A DNA stretch of 40,248 nucleotides, from positions 1 to 40,248 of the forward strand of contig JAIOZV010000002.1 of NCBI GenBank assembly GCA_021740425.1. Direction: 5' to 3'. The stretch is from Bacteroidales bacterium. GTDB taxonomy: Bacteria; Bacteroidota; Bacteroidia; Bacteroidales; 4484-276. A program made the translations under genes and the position numbers. Below are positions 16,941 to 25,719 of the stretch, piece after piece. The notes beneath the pieces are model-generated. The model did no database searches, had not been told where the DNA came from, and was given only the letters and a program-made list of their open reading frames with translations. Position 1 is the first letter of the stretch. Every line of letters begins with the position of its first letter.

Positions 16941-18599
16941 AAAATTAGCTTTTTTAATATCAATGCTTTTGCTTTCCGGCTATTTCCGGTGCTATTGCTG
17001 TTTTTGGCAGGTGCGTGCACCCGGCCAGTTATCAGAATTGAGAATATCCCTCAAAATACACCGGCAGGTTCCAGGCTGTTTATTTCTGGAAATTTTAACC
17101 GCTGGGATCCGGGAGATGTAAGATATACCTTTGAGATGAATCGGGACAGCAATTATTATTACACTTTACCTAACGGATTTGGGAATCTTGAGTTTAAAAT
17201 TACCAGAGGGGAGTGGTCGAGTGTGGAAACTGATATTTGCGGTTACGATATCAGCAACAGAGCATTCAACTACCGGCAGGCTGATACCATTGTGATAGAT
17301 ATTTTGAGCTGGAAAGATACTGAACCCATCAACTGCCCGGAGCTCACCATTGTACTTGATAAAATACCAGAAAATACCCCCGAGAACGAGCCCCTGGCGC
17401 TTGCAGGAAATTTCAACGAATGGGCTCCCGATAGTTCCTCCTACCTGCGAAGAGATGCCGGCACCGGCAAATACATGATTAAACTCCCACGAAAGGACAT
17501 GGATCGCCTGCTTGAATTCAAAGTTACCAGAGGCAATCTCCTATCTGCTGAAGCCGATAAGTTTGGCTATGAAATTGAAAAACGTCAGGTGAACTTCGGC
17601 ATGGTTGACACCCTGTTTATAGATGTGGAAAACTGGGAAGATTTGATTGAAAATCCTCGCGATCGGGTAACAATTATCCTTGATAAAATTCCTGGTGAAA
17701 CTCCCGATAACGCCGAAATATTCATTACCGGAAGTTTTAACGGATGGTATCCAAAGGATAACAAGTATAAATTCCTTAAAAATAAAAAAGGACAATTCGA
17801 ATACACCCTCCCCCGCGAAAGTGAAAGGGTGGAGTTTAAAATTACCCGTGGTGATTGGTCGAAGGAGGAAGTGGATATGCTTGGCTACAGAATGAACAAC
17901 AGGCAATATGAATTTGGAAGTGCCGATACAGTCCACCTTACCATTCATGGCTGGCTTGATCAAACGGAAGTAAAACAACCATCCTACACCGTGGTATTGA
18001 ATAATGTTCCGCCCACCACTCCGCCAAATGATAATCTCTATATTGCAGGGTCGTTTAACAACTGGAATTCCGGACAGCGAAAATACAGGTTTACCAAAAC
18101 CGATAACGGGAAGTACTATATTAAACTTGTTGATGCGTGGCGCAGTATCGATTATAAAATTACAAGAGGCAGTTGGCGATCGCAGGAAGCCGATGAATAT
18201 GGCCTTGAAATATCCAATCGTCATTTTGATTACACGGGGATTGATACGGTAGAAATTGAAGTAATGAACTGGCTTGACATCCCGCGTTTCGATCAGCAGG
18301 AAGTTGTTATTGTACTTTACAAGGTACCTCAAAACACACCCTCCGATAAACACATTTATATAACAGGAACTTTTAACAACTGGAACCCTGGCGACCCCGA
18401 CTACATTCTGAATAAAAACCTAAAAGGGGAATATTACATTACTATCCCACGCAGCGGAAATGGCATCGAATATAAATTTACCCTTGGAAGCTGGGAACTT
18501 GAAGAACTTGACCAAAATGGCAACACCATCCCCAATCGTAAATACAACTTTGGTTACTCCGATACCCTGAAAATAAAAATTGACCAATGGGAATTATAA
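16938..18599 (+). CDS. Lipoprotein composed of five tandem CBM48/CBM20-like (E-set, alpha-glucan-binding-like) modules
   Basis: Lipobox LFLAGAC with Cys27. Five repeats of about 97-99 aa, spaced about 104-108 aa apart (aa 31-127, 135-233, 243-339, 349-445, 455-551). Each carries P-x-x-TP...[IL]-x-[IL]-[AST]-G-x-FN-x-W...EFK[IV]TRG-x-W...G-x-x-x-x-NR...DT...W. The G-S-F-N-N-W plus [YF]K[FI] pattern resembles AMPK-beta/CBM48 modules. Confidence 0.65.
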   Translation: MKISFFNINAFAFRLFPVLLLFLAGACTRPVIRIENIPQNTPAGSRLFISGNFNRWDPGDVRYTFEMNRDSNYYYTLPNGFGNLEFKITRGEWSSVETDICGYDISNRAFNYRQADTIVIDILSWKDTEPINCPELTIVLDKIPENTPENEPLALAGNFNEWAPDSSSYLRRDAGTGKYMIKLPRKDMDRLLEFKVTRGNLLSAEADKFGYEIEKRQVNFGMVDTLFIDVENWEDLIENPRDRVTIILDKIPGETPDNAEIFITGSFNGWYPKDNKYKFLKNKKGQFEYTLPRESERVEFKITRGDWSKEEVDMLGYRMNNRQYEFGSADTVHLTIHGWLDQTEVKQPSYTVVLNNVPPTTPPNDNLYIAGSFNNWNSGQRKYRFTKTDNGKYYIKLVDAWRSIDYKITRGSWRSQEADEYGLEISNRHFDYTGIDTVEIEVMNWLDIPRFDQQEVVIVLYKVPQNTPSDKHIYITGTFNNWNPGDPDYILNKNLKGEYYITIPRSGNGIEYKFTLGSWELEELDQNGNTIPNRKYNFGYSDTLKIKIDQWEL

Positions 18600-18774
18600 A
18601 TTTTTATAAAACCATTTTTAGTCATTATTTAAAGTGTTCATTTTAGGGGAATAACTGTTCGTTTTTAAACATTAGCTCATTGCTTCCACAACCTGCTGAT
18701 TTGTAGCTTCCACGCTTTCAGCACAATATCTTCACAGGTATAATTTTTGGTAATCCGAAAAAAATAGTTGTGCT

Positions 18775-21153
18775 ATGTTTAAAAACCTCCTAACATTGAT
18801 GTACCGGCAGTTTAATGCAAATAAGTTGTATTCCATCATTAAAATCTCCTGCCTTGCTGTCGGGATGGGCGTAAGTCTGCTCATTTTGCTTTATGTCTTC
18901 CACGAGTTCAGCTACGATAGTTTTCATGTGAACCGAAACTCGATTTATCAAATGGTTACAAACATGAAAAGCCGCGATAACTTCAGCAAATCATGCATAT
19001 CCACCGCAGGAATCGGGCCTTCGCTTTTGCGTGAATTTACTGAAATTAAAAATATGACCAGAGTATCCGGTCCTTCTGATCAGTTTTTTGTTGCATACAA
19101 CAAAAGCCTGGTTGTTGATAATCTGATTTTCGTTGATTCTTCATTTTTAAATATTTTTTCCTTCAACCTTCTGTCAGGCAATCCCGATTTCGCCTTATCA
19201 GATCCTTTTACCATGCTGGTTACCCCCGAAACAGGAAAACTATTTTTTGGTGATGAAAACCCCGTTGGCAAAGTTTTAAGGTATCAGGACAAATACAATT
19301 TTAAGATTACCGGAGTTATCGAAAATTGCCCCTCAAATTCGCATATTCTCTACAATGCAATACTATCATTTGCATCGCTTTACAAAATGGATGGGTTTAA
19401 TCTTGGGTGGGATGGTGGTTGGAATTATTACACCTATGTTCTTGCCGGCTCTCAAATTTCAACCCAAAGTTTTAAAGAAAAACTAATGCCCTTTCTCGAT
19501 GAAAATATCAACAACAAATACCGAAACTACGGGGCAGAATTATCCCTCGATTTTGACCCTCTCTCAAAAGTGTATTTACATTCTCAGGCTCCCGAAACTT
19601 TGCCAAAATCAGGGAATACACAAAACCTTCTTGTATTTGCAGCACTGGCATTTTTTATTCTCTTAATTGCCTGTATAAATTACATCAACCTTTCGACGGC
19701 ACAGGTTTCGAAACGCACCAGAGAAACCGGGATTAAAAAAGTTTTGGGGGCAACTCGCGGAATGCTCATCAGGCAATTTTTGTTTGAAACCATTTTTCTC
19801 AGCTTTGTGGCCTTGATCCTGTCGGTGGTAATTGCTGAATCTTTATTGCCCGGATTTATAAACCTTTTGGGAACAAACATCTCCATTTCCGGCAATTCCA
19901 TGATTGCAGTTGCCGGCAGCCTGGTTCTTATTGGTTTATTAACAGGCATACTTGCCGGAGTGTATCCGGCCATTTTCCTTTCCGGCTTTTCCCCCATGCG
20001 GGTTTTGAAAGGTGGAGCAATTGGTATTCGTAAAGGAAAATCCTTCAGAAACATTCTTGTTGTACTGCAATTTTTTCTTGCCGGAGGACTGATCATTTGC
20101 ACAATGGTTGTTTACACACAAATTTCGTTTATCAATAAGAAAAACCTGGGATACGAAAAAGCAAATTATATGATCATCAGCCTGACCGGAGAAAAATCAA
20201 TGACGGCTTACGAATTGCTGAAAAATAAACTAAAAACCATTCCACAGGTTTTGGCTCTTGGCGCAGCAACAGCCATTCCCGGCCACGGGCTTACATCCAA
20301 CGGCTACATCCCCGAAGGGCAAACCGAATCGATGATGTTTTATATTATGGATGTTGATGCTGATTTTTTGACAACACTCGGAATTAAAACTATTCAGGGT
20401 ATAGAATTTTCAGATGAAGTAAAGTCAAGCGGCGACATCATGGTAAACGAAGCATTTATGAAACAAATGGGCTGGAATAATCCGGTTGGAAAGTATTTAT
20501 CAAGAAATGGGAAGCATCAAATTATTGGCGTTGTAAGGGATTTTCACTTTGCCCCGTTGCATCATGCCATTGAACCCCTGATCATCACCAACAGACCTTG
20601 GGATGGCTATCAAACCGGATTTAATTATCTTGTATTAAAATACTCGGACATTGCCGGAATTGTGATTTCAGAAGCAGAAAATATTTGGAAAGAATTGTTC
20701 CCGACCGAACCTTTCATTTTTGATTTTATGGATCGTTTGCAAAAATCAGTGTATGCTGATGAACGAAATTTCAGCAGGATTTTTACATGGGCATCCTTTT
20801 TTGCCATTTTTATTGCCGGATTAGGGCTTTATGGATTAACAACCTTTACAACACAAATGAGGCGCAAAGAAATTGGAATAAGAAAAACATTTGGTGCAGA
20901 ATCAGCAAAAATCGTGATTCTGCTTGGCAAACAGTTTATCATGCTGGTGGTGTTCGGAAATATTCTTGCCTGGCCTTTTGCGTGGATTATCATGGAAAGA
21001 TGGTTAGAAAATTTTGCTTTCAGAGCTTCTGATAATTGGTGGATTTATCTTGTAACATTACTGATATCTGCAATTTTTGCATTTGCCACCGTTGTCTGGC
21101 ATTCTATTAAAGCAGCAAAACAAAATCCTGTGGATGCCCTGAGGTATGAATGA
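18775..21153 (+). CDS. MacB/FtsX-family ABC transporter permease (two FtsX 4-TM modules with MacB_PCD-like periplasmic domains)
   Basis: 792 aa. N-terminal TM helix and large periplasmic domain, then FtsX module 1 (RTRETGIKKVLGATRGMLIRQFLFE). A second periplasmic domain is followed by FtsX module 2 (RRKEIGIRKTFGAESAKIVILL). No adjacent ATPase gene. Confidence 0.85.
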   Translation: MFKNLLTLMYRQFNANKLYSIIKISCLAVGMGVSLLILLYVFHEFSYDSFHVNRNSIYQMVTNMKSRDNFSKSCISTAGIGPSLLREFTEIKNMTRVSGPSDQFFVAYNKSLVVDNLIFVDSSFLNIFSFNLLSGNPDFALSDPFTMLVTPETGKLFFGDENPVGKVLRYQDKYNFKITGVIENCPSNSHILYNAILSFASLYKMDGFNLGWDGGWNYYTYVLAGSQISTQSFKEKLMPFLDENINNKYRNYGAELSLDFDPLSKVYLHSQAPETLPKSGNTQNLLVFAALAFFILLIACINYINLSTAQVSKRTRETGIKKVLGATRGMLIRQFLFETIFLSFVALILSVVIAESLLPGFINLLGTNISISGNSMIAVAGSLVLIGLLTGILAGVYPAIFLSGFSPMRVLKGGAIGIRKGKSFRNILVVLQFFLAGGLIICTMVVYTQISFINKKNLGYEKANYMIISLTGEKSMTAYELLKNKLKTIPQVLALGAATAIPGHGLTSNGYIPEGQTESMMFYIMDVDADFLTTLGIKTIQGIEFSDEVKSSGDIMVNEAFMKQMGWNNPVGKYLSRNGKHQIIGVVRDFHFAPLHHAIEPLIITNRPWDGYQTGFNYLVLKYSDIAGIVISEAENIWKELFPTEPFIFDFMDRLQKSVYADERNFSRIFTWASFFAIFIAGLGLYGLTTFTTQMRRKEIGIRKTFGAESAKIVILLGKQFIMLVVFGNILAWPFAWIIMERWLENFAFRASDNWWIYLVTLLISAIFAFATVVWHSIKAAKQNPVDALRYE

Positions 21154-21213
21154 TAAAAACACAGGCCTCATTCCGCGGTTTTTCATAAACTTCAACTTTC
21201 GCATTTAAAATAA

Positions 21214-21249
21214 AACTCCCGGAAAGAATAACCTTCCGGGAGTTTTTTT
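21214..21249. terminator. Bidirectional rho-independent terminator between convergent genes
   Basis: AACTCCCGGAA (21214-21224), a 9-nt loop, then TTCCGGGAGTT (21234-21244). T-runs follow on both strands. Confidence 0.75.
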
Positions 21250-21274
21250 GTACCAGCAGAGTTTATTGAAAAGA

Positions 21275-23320
21275 TCATTGGCTGTCGATAACAAGGTAGG
21301 AAGTATTTCTGTACCCATCCTGATCTTTGTACCAATCCTTATAATTCACTCCACCGGATTCGGCCCAATCTGCAAATTTGTTATACCCCTGGATTATCGC
21401 AACCTTCTCCTGCGGAAATACAAAATCGTGGATAATATCGATGGCCCAGGGAAGGTTGGAGGAAGTTTTGTAGTACCTGCCTGTGGCAGGATTGCTGTCA
21501 TCATCACCGGTTCCAAATAAATTTACATCGGCAAGGGATGTCGGAGGCATATTGGCCAAATGAACTTCTTTTTCTCTATGCTGATTAATAAAAATAAATG
21601 GATTTTTTGTTCCAAAATCTGCCGTAGCAATTGGATCGGAATAAGTGATGACCAGCCTGATGCCGGAAGTATTTTTTGAGATTTGCATTGCATCGTCAAA
21701 CAATATCACAACGGGTTTTGCCTGGCCTGCCTCAAGCCCTTTGCCATTTAGTGTAACCAACCCGGATAATACCGAGCCGGTGACATTTTCGATGAGTGAT
21801 TCATCCATGTCCAGCTCTATGCCAAACCCATTGCGAAAACTGCCTCCAATATTTTTAATATTAAAAGTTAAATAGGTTTCAACAATTCTATCTTCCGAAT
21901 TAAAAACATGTGTGTAACGGTAGTTTAAAACAAGATCATTGAAATCATAATCGCCTTCGTAAGGCCAAAGGTCTTCAAAGGCATAAGTACCCCAGCCATA
22001 AACCGATGGTGTGTAAGTATCGTAAGCCCTGTCGCCATCATTGGGATATTCATCATAAAAGTCGATGATGCCATCTCCATCGCTGTCCAAATCGTTAATT
22101 TGATTTTCATCAAGAGGCATGGTGGCCAGATCGTGGATATAATTATTTGTAAAAGTCCAGCGGTCTTCAAAAGCGCCGGTAACCGTATCCATAATGAAGG
22201 ATCTGCCTTCCCATTTATTCAGGCCTTCATTAAAAACATTTGAAGCCCACCACAGTTCCTGGTTTTGATCGAAGGTGAGGGAGTTGGGATAATTTGGTAG
22301 ATTTTCGGCTGAGAGTCTTTCTGCATAAATGCTGTTGCGACTGTCAAAAGTACACCTGTAAAGACCCGATTCACTCGAAATGTACATGGTGCCATTGTTT
22401 GCAAAACAAACATCTCCACCGTCAAGATCATCAAGCCCGTAAATCCGGTAATACGAAACCAGTTTTCCATTTTCGGGATTTATCAGCAACATCCAGTAGC
22501 CGAAGGAATAGTAAAGCATGCCATCGTTGATGTTGTAACCAAGCCTCGGTCCCTGATACTGTGTTTTACCTCTGTTTTCCCAGGTTTGATCGTTCAGGTC
22601 AAAAGCATAGAGATAATAGGGTGAATTTATGCCAATTGTATAAAGAACTTCTTCGACTGGATCGATTGCACAGGTCCAACTGCCGCCGGTATTTGAAGGC
22701 AGATTTGGCAAATATTCCACCTCTCCTGTCAGTGGATTTATCGAATACATTTCGCTTAAACTATTTACAGCATATAAAATATCGGTAGGATCATCTTTCA
22801 ATTGTCCTGAATGATCAGGAATTTCCTCTAAGGGGAAATGGACAAATAATGTTTGGGCAGTGATTGGAATCATCATGGACGTATAATGTCCCAAATCATT
22901 TCTGGTAACAAAAAGTGTATCATAATATCCTGGAATGGTGATATCGAGGGTGAAATTTGGATTATCGGTAATTTTTACGGCATTGAGATTATTCAAAACA
23001 TCAACCAACTTTCCTGTTTGGTGCAACGGATCTCCATCATCGCCCAGGGTGGTAACATCGATATTTACGCCATTGGAATTGTAAAGATAAACCTCGTACT
23101 TGATATCTCCATCAGCCCTAGATGATTTAAAATCATTAATGGTAATTTGGGCTGTCACCGATGTTTCAAAATTAAAGTCCTGTGGAATGACTAAATCCGA
23201 CATTTTTTTGGTAGTATCAACGGGTGGTTCAGGCTCAGGATTATTGTTAAGGTCTTTTTTGCAGTTACTGATAAAGAGAGCAAATGCAAAAATCGTTAAG
23301 AAAATGCCAAATTTTTTCAT
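21275..23320 (-). CDS. LruC-domain (DUF4842) lipoprotein with an N-terminal propeller-like region and a thrombospondin-type-3-like Ca-binding motif
   Basis: Lipobox FALFISNC. The central region carries repeats such as LYAFDL, LYYSFG and GGDVCFANNGTMY. Ca-binding-like DLDSDGDGIIDFYDEYPNDGD. LruC core YAFEDLWPYEGDYDFNDLVLNYRY...GGSFRNGFGIELD...NPFIF. Confidence 0.78.
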   Translation of the reverse strand: MKKFGIFLTIFAFALFISNCKKDLNNNPEPEPPVDTTKKMSDLVIPQDFNFETSVTAQITINDFKSSRADGDIKYEVYLYNSNGVNIDVTTLGDDGDPLHQTGKLVDVLNNLNAVKITDNPNFTLDITIPGYYDTLFVTRNDLGHYTSMMIPITAQTLFVHFPLEEIPDHSGQLKDDPTDILYAVNSLSEMYSINPLTGEVEYLPNLPSNTGGSWTCAIDPVEEVLYTIGINSPYYLYAFDLNDQTWENRGKTQYQGPRLGYNINDGMLYYSFGYWMLLINPENGKLVSYYRIYGLDDLDGGDVCFANNGTMYISSESGLYRCTFDSRNSIYAERLSAENLPNYPNSLTFDQNQELWWASNVFNEGLNKWEGRSFIMDTVTGAFEDRWTFTNNYIHDLATMPLDENQINDLDSDGDGIIDFYDEYPNDGDRAYDTYTPSVYGWGTYAFEDLWPYEGDYDFNDLVLNYRYTHVFNSEDRIVETYLTFNIKNIGGSFRNGFGIELDMDESLIENVTGSVLSGLVTLNGKGLEAGQAKPVVILFDDAMQISKNTSGIRLVITYSDPIATADFGTKNPFIFINQHREKEVHLANMPPTSLADVNLFGTGDDDSNPATGRYYKTSSNLPWAIDIIHDFVFPQEKVAIIQGYNKFADWAESGGVNYKDWYKDQDGYRNTSYLVIDSQ

Positions 23321-23374
23321 TTTATAAAATTTTTAATTAGAGCTCTATATCCATTTTGGTTAAGATGCGTTTCA

Positions 23375-23382
23375 CAAATATA
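23375..23382 (-). promoter_or_regulatory. Candidate -7 promoter box (TATATTTG on the minus strand) for the LruC-domain gene
   Basis: CAAATATA on the plus strand is a perfect TAnnTTTG on the minus strand, 55 nt upstream of the ATG at 23320. Confidence 0.35.
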
Positions 23383-23901
23383 GTAAAGTTTTGATAAGAT
23401 TAACAAATTTTAAGGAATGTTAATTGACGGGTTAGCAATATTTTGATTTTGCATTTCTTTCTCTTAACATTGCCATATATTTCCTAAATTCAAGCCCATG
23501 GTTGCTGAATTGCGTACAATCCTAAATTATTCGCCTTTCAGTTCCATTGTGGTTCACAGTCGAAATCTGCTCTTTATTGTTTTGTCGCCGGTGAGTTTGC
23601 TTTGCTGTGAGGAGATCAACGATGGTATTGAAGGAAGGAGAGAAGAGTATGAAGCAACTGGTGGGTTGAAACATATAATATCTCGTTTTACCGAAAAGAA
23701 TATGTCAAAAAACTTCTTCTGTTTTAAAAAGTGTCAACGATGTTATGCTAGGGAAAAAAGTGACAATGATGTTATGCTATTTATCAACTAATCTTTAATC
23801 GACAACAACTACGGCACTACGCTCAAAACCGGGGTGTATCTGCTCACCCTCTCGAAAACCTGAGAAAAGGCTTCAACGTTGAAGGTGGAAAAAGAAAGGT
23901 A

Positions 23902-23940
23902 TAAAAAAAGCCCCCAACCAGTGGCAGGAGGCTTTTGTAT
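23902..23940. terminator. Terminator of the rnf operon (minus strand), also readable as a plus-strand terminator
   Basis: Stem AGCCCCC / GGAGGCT (7 bp, 1 mismatch) with an 11-nt loop. It is flanked by A7 on the left (a T-run for the minus strand) and by TTTTGTATTTTT on the right. Confidence 0.55.
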
Positions 23941-23958
23941 TTTTATGTGTATTGTTTT

Positions 23959-24537
23959 CTAAAACTTCACCAGATTGGCAAAACCCATAAAGGCAAGCGA
24001 AAGGATTCCTGCAACAACCAGTGCGATGGGCATTCCGCGCATCCCTTTGGGAACATCCATCAGTTCGAGGTGTTCACGAAGACCTGCAAAAAGTATCAAT
24101 GCAAGTGCAAATCCCAGTGAATTTCCGATGGCATACACTGTACCTTCCAAAAGATTAAATTCTTTTTGAATAACCAGTAAAGCAACACCCATGATGGCAC
24201 AGTTGGTTGTTATCAAAGGTAAAAAAACACCCAAAGCCTGATAAAGGGGAGGGCTTACTTTTTTAAGAATTATTTCGACAACCTGCACCAGGGCAGCTAT
24301 CACAAGAATAAAGGATATAGTCTGGAGAAAGCCCAGATTAAAAGGAGCAAGCACATAATTCTGGATCAGCCAGGTTACAATTGTTGCAACTGTCATTACA
24401 AACAAGACGGCTCCGGCCATTCCGCTGGCAGTTGAAATTTTATTGGAAACACCTAAAAACGGGCAGATTCCCAAAAAGTTAGACAATACAATATTGCTAA
24501 CTAATACTGTTCCGATTATTATAATGATATATTCCAT
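23959..24537 (-). CDS. rnfA: Rnf electron transport complex subunit A
   Basis: Close motif-level match to RnfA/RsxA: GTVLVSNIVLSNFLGICPFLGVSNK...GVFLPLITTNCAIMGVALL. Six TM helices. Confidence 0.9.
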   Translation of the reverse strand: MEYIIIIIGTVLVSNIVLSNFLGICPFLGVSNKISTASGMAGAVLFVMTVATIVTWLIQNYVLAPFNLGFLQTISFILVIAALVQVVEIILKKVSPPLYQALGVFLPLITTNCAIMGVALLVIQKEFNLLEGTVYAIGNSLGFALALILFAGLREHLELMDVPKGMRGMPIALVVAGILSLAFMGFANLVKF

Positions 24538-24548
24538 GATGTTCTGAT

Positions 24549-25133
24549 TTATGCTTTTTTGGTAAGTTTGTTGACTAAGGCAATTAGAAATCCAAGTGCA
24601 ATGAAAGCTCCTGGTGAAAGTATAAATACTAAAATACCATCACCTGGGGCGAATTTAATTCCGAAAATTGATAAATTACCCAGAATTTCCCTGACACTGC
24701 CAAGGATTGTAAGTGCCATGGCAAAGCCAAGTCCCATCCCGAGCCCGTCGAATATCGAAGATACAATGTTATTTTTTGAGGCAAAAGCCTCAGCCCGCCC
24801 GAGTACAACGCAGTTAACCACGATTAATGGAATAAAAATTCCAAGTTGCTCATGCAAAGCCGGTGCATATCCTGCCATAACCAAATCCACAACAGTTACA
24901 AAAGAAGCGATCACCACGATAAAAGTCGGGATACGTACTTTGCTTGGTACAAGATCCTTGATAAGTGAAATAACGAGGTTCGACATCACCAATACAAAAG
25001 TTGTTGCGAGTCCCATACCCAGTCCGTTTATGGCTGAGTTGGTTACTGCTAGTGTCGGACACATGCCAAGCAGCATTACAAATACAGCATTCTCCTTAAA
25101 GAATCCTTTAGTGAAGTTTTGCATTTGAGTCAT
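24549..25133 (-). CDS. rnfE: Rnf electron transport complex subunit E
   Basis: RnfE/RsxE pattern: LLGMCPTLAVTNSAINGLGMGLATTFVLV...LGIFIPLIVVNCVVLGRAEAFASKN. Confidence 0.9.
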   Translation of the reverse strand: MTQMQNFTKGFFKENAVFVMLLGMCPTLAVTNSAINGLGMGLATTFVLVMSNLVISLIKDLVPSKVRIPTFIVVIASFVTVVDLVMAGYAPALHEQLGIFIPLIVVNCVVLGRAEAFASKNNIVSSIFDGLGMGLGFAMALTILGSVREILGNLSIFGIKFAPGDGILVFILSPGAFIALGFLIALVNKLTKKA

Positions 25134-25146
25134 GATATTGTCCCTC

Positions 25147-25719
25147 CTAATTATTTTCTTTATTCATTTCTTCATACGAAGTATAGGCTCGCTGCACTGC
25201 ATCACAAAATGCGCGTGAGGTAATTGTTGCGGCAGTAATAGCATCAACATCTCCTCCATCTTTTTTTACAGCCAGTTTGAATTCTTTTGGGTTTTTTCCC
25301 ATAAACTGATCTTTCCAGCTTGTCGCCATTTTGGTTCCTAATCCGGGTGTTTCCTTTTGTTCCAGAACTTCCACATTGGTAATTGTTCCGTCAGGCTGGA
25401 AACCAACCATCAATTTTATCAATCCGCTATAGCCGATATTTGTGTATGTATTTACTGCAACACCAATAGCAGTTTCATTTTTAAACCCATTAAAAAATAT
25501 CAGCGAATCGCTGGCATCCTCAGGCTTTACGGCTTTCCTTATATAATTTGTAAAACCCGGCATCACCTGCTCGATGGCTTTTTGCTGTTTTATGCGCTGC
25601 ACTTCAGCAATAGGCTCTTTGGTCAAATTGTAAACGCTGCTTGCCGCCAATGATGATACTGCCGTAACAATCAATAGGGTTAAAAACATGTTTGTAAAAG
25701 TTGATTCTTTTTGTGCCAT
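25147..25719 (-). CDS. rnfG: Rnf electron transport complex subunit G (FMN-binding)
   Basis: Single N-terminal TM helix. FMN_bind domain with ETPGLG and the flavinylation context VDAITAATITSRA. Confidence 0.85.
   Translation of the reverse strand: MAQKESTFTNMFLTLLIVTAVSSLAASSVYNLTKEPIAEVQRIKQQKAIEQVMPGFTNYIRKAVKPEDASDSLIFFNGFKNETAIGVAVNTYTNIGYSGLIKLMVGFQPDGTITNVEVLEQKETPGLGTKMATSWKDQFMGKNPKEFKLAVKKDGGDVDAITAATITSRAFCDAVQRAYTSYEEMNKENN

Noticed and set aside
16888-16941. Tiny 7-codon uORFs inside the decamer repeat
   Set aside because: They arise automatically because each repeat unit contains ATGA. Nothing shows that they are translated. They are mentioned only as a possible consequence in the repeat finding.
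17541-18353. 270-aa ORF antisense to the 5xCBM lipoprotein gene
   Set aside because: The sense strand shows a clear five-fold domain repeat with conserved motifs. The antisense translation has no repeat logic or motifs.
17028-18590. Periodic ~315-bp structure considered as a DNA-level repeat or CRISPR-like array
   Set aside because: The periodicity is at the protein-domain level, with five diverged CBM-like modules in one ORF. There are no short identical repeats or spacers.
21248-21520. 90-aa plus-strand ORF overlapping the 3' end of the LruC-domain gene
   Set aside because: It starts inside the T-run of the bidirectional terminator and overlaps a well-supported CDS. It is considered spurious.
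23498-23791. 97-aa plus-strand ORF in the large intergenic region
   Set aside because: It has no perfect TAnnTTTG box upstream (the best is TGATTTTG with one mismatch) and no recognisable domain. Its composition is atypical. It is kept only as part of the unexplained-region finding and is not called as a CDS.
24559-25128. 189-aa ORF antisense to rnfE
   Set aside because: This shadow ORF completely overlaps a highly conserved membrane subunit gene. Its product is Ser/Thr/Pro/Ala/Ile-rich and has no recognisable features.
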